In this document: positions 62,560 through 64,000 of the stretch, in pieces
Layout: each line of letters opens with the position of its first letter
How positions within the stretch are numbered: position 1 is the first letter of the stretch
Assembly: GCA_963708295.1 (NCBI GenBank)
Contig: CAVPSJ010000011.1
Span: 160,001 to 224,000 of the forward strand
Direction: 5' to 3'
DNA from: an uncultured delta proteobacterium
GTDB lineage: Bacteria; Desulfobacterota; BSN033; UBA1163
DNA: 64,000 bases
The notes under the pieces: model-generated
The model's input: the letters and a program-made list of their open reading frames with translations, nothing else
Databases searched by the model: none
What the model was told of the DNA's origin: nothing
Made by a program: the position numbers and the translations under genes

Positions 62560-62718
62560 ATGAGAGTCATGGAGCGACTCCGTAGAACAAGACAGAGAAA
62601 GAAACTGACCAAGAGACTAGAGAAAACTTCAGACTACTTAGAGAGGCTTAAGATTGAAGCGGAGATTGAAAGACTCCGATGGAAAAGTAAAGACTCTGTA
62701 AAGGACGTAACTCATTGA
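62560..62718 (+). CDS. Small basic hypothetical protein
   Basis: AAGGAG upstream; 52 aa. Confidence 0.4.
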   Translation: MRVMERLRRTRQRKKLTKRLEKTSDYLERLKIEAEIERLRWKSKDSVKDVTH

Positions 62719-62802
62719 TTCATGGTTCAAGGTTTTGTGGTATAGGCAGAGGCAAGAAGTCTTGTCCTGGGGCTTTCTGGACGCAAAAAACGAAGGTTAA
62801 AC

Positions 62803-63048
62803 ATGACATTGGAACAATTCATCAGGAAGAACCGAAGGCAAATTGACAGGGTCATTAAAAGAACTTGGCCGAAAGTGAAGCCATTGAACGATGCGGAGCG
62901 AAAAGTCTGGATCCTAAACGAGAAAGTCCTTTTGCTTTGGGTGGAGGCGCAAGGAGTAAAAATAAGTGAAGAAAAGGAAAGCAGGTACTCATATGATTCT
63001 TTCTTATCACGAATTGTGAGAGGAGAAGAGGACTCGAATCAAAAATAA
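62803..63048 (+). CDS. Small hypothetical (mobile-element-type) protein
   Basis: 81-aa ORF directly after repeat copy 2. Confidence 0.55.
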   Translation: MTLEQFIRKNRRQIDRVIKRTWPKVKPLNDAERKVWILNEKVLLLWVEAQGVKISEEKESRYSYDSFLSRIVRGEEDSNQK

Positions 63049-63109
63049 TGTCTGACAAGATGAATTTAATGTGCATATAATGTGTATTAATAGGGGGAAG
63101 CACACCGTG

Positions 63110-63256
63110 ATGAAGCGAATTGACATTACGATCTCGGAAGTTCATATCAAGAAACTTAAACAACTATGCAAGAAAGGGGGGATGGGCGTTTCAGAGATCA
63201 TCAGGCGTGCCATTGATCTTTATTACGAACAGACCAAGACGAAAGGAGGGGTTTGA
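63110..63256 (+). CDS. Ribbon-helix-helix (CopG-like) DNA-binding protein
   Basis: MKRIDITIS...GVSEIIRRAID pattern; stop abuts the integrase ATG. Confidence 0.7.
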   Translation: MKRIDITISEVHIKKLKQLCKKGGMGVSEIIRRAIDLYYEQTKTKGGV

Positions 63257-64000
63257 ATGGGTACTATCTACGAAAGAAAGTGGAAGGACAAGGATGGTAA
63301 CCGGATTGAAGGAGAAATTTTCTGGATCAAGTATTATCGCGATGGGAAGCCTTACCGGGAGTCTTCGAAGAGTGAGAATGTTACAGACGCCCGGCGTCTT
63401 CTAAAGAAGAGAGAGGGCAAGATTGCAGAGGGGAGCTTCCGGAGGTCTGCTTCGACAAGGTGACCTTCGACGCGCCGGCAAAGGACCTGGTAACTGACTA
63501 CACAGTCAACGGGAGGGATACCCTGAAAAGAGTTAAATGGTCAATCGATTGTTTCAAAGGATCTTTTGGAGGCATGAGGGCGACGGATATCACCACGGAC
63601 AAAATCAAGGCCCATGTTGAGAAGAGGATGAAGGACGGCCTCACAAATGCTTCGATCAATCGGGAGCTGGCAGTTTTAAAGAGGATGTTTAGCCTTGGGG
63701 CGGAAAGCACTCCTCCAAAGGTTAAGCTCATTCCTTATATTCCCATGCTGAAGAAATCGAACACGCGGAAGGGATTTTTTGAACTTGATCAGTATTTGGC
63801 CCTCAAAGGTGCCCTACCCTCTTATTTGAAGCCCGTCGTTACCTTCGCCTATCACACAGGATGGAGATCCGGAGAGCTTCTAAATCTCACATGGGACGAG
63901 ATTGACATGAAACAAGGAATTATTTCGTTGAATCCGGGCGAGGCAAAGAGCGAAGAGGCACGGACGGTCTATCTCAATCAAGAGTTAGTGACAGAGACAA
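63257..64000 (+). CDS. Tyrosine recombinase/integrase (frameshift near 63433; truncated by window end)
   Basis: FWIKYYRDGK arm-binding-like N-terminus; the next frame gives NASINRELAVLKRMF and AYHTGWRSGELLNL (catalytic Arg). Confidence 0.85.

Larger units (their letters stand above)
61872..62769 (+). repeat. Pair of ~60-bp direct repeats (61872-61929 and 62709-62769)
   Basis: AACTYATTGATTCATGGTTCAWGGTTT...GGCAG...AGAAGTCTTGTCCTG. Confidence 0.75.
53076..64000. mobile_element. Degenerate tRNA-Arg-integrated genomic island (continues beyond the window)
   Basis: tRNA 3' fragment at the left edge, low coding density, many pseudogenes, excisionase remnant, RHH and tyrosine integrase at the right edge. 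Confidence 0.72.

Overview
A moderately AT-rich bacterial window whose gene content resembles anaerobic Deltaproteobacteria/Desulfobacterota; the taxonomy is an inference. From left to right: the pilN-O-P-Q type IV pilus genes; a minus-strand housekeeping run (dnaJ, mobA, TPR protein, rimI, pyrK, pyrD); and a signalling cluster made of an SDR, an orphan FabF-like ketosynthase, a frameshifted 7TM-GAF histidine kinase, a degenerate AAA+/HisKA hybrid, an NtrC-type regulator and a sigma54-driven REC-HD-GYP gene. Next come ccsA, a four-subunit 2-oxoacid:ferredoxin oxidoreductase, an ArsA-family ATPase and an aminotransferase. A type II secretion operon (gspE-F-G-H-I-J-K-L-M-C-like-D, with gspD frameshifted) is headed by an IS1595-derived gene that lacks the usual catalytic motifs. 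Upstream of it is a DsbC-like gene split by an in-frame TGA at the CxxC position and followed by a SECIS-like hairpin, a predicted selenoprotein that also carries a CxxCH motif. A LacI-controlled catabolic and tripartite-tricarboxylate-transport cluster has two identical operators, and is followed by NUDIX and cinA genes. From about 53.1 kb to the window end lies a decaying integrative island, bounded by a tRNA-Arg(CCT) 3' fragment and ending in an RHH-integrase pair. Several REP/MITE-like palindromes occur in intergenic regions. No CRISPR array, rRNA or intact tRNA was seen. All family calls come from motif recognition by eye, not database searches.
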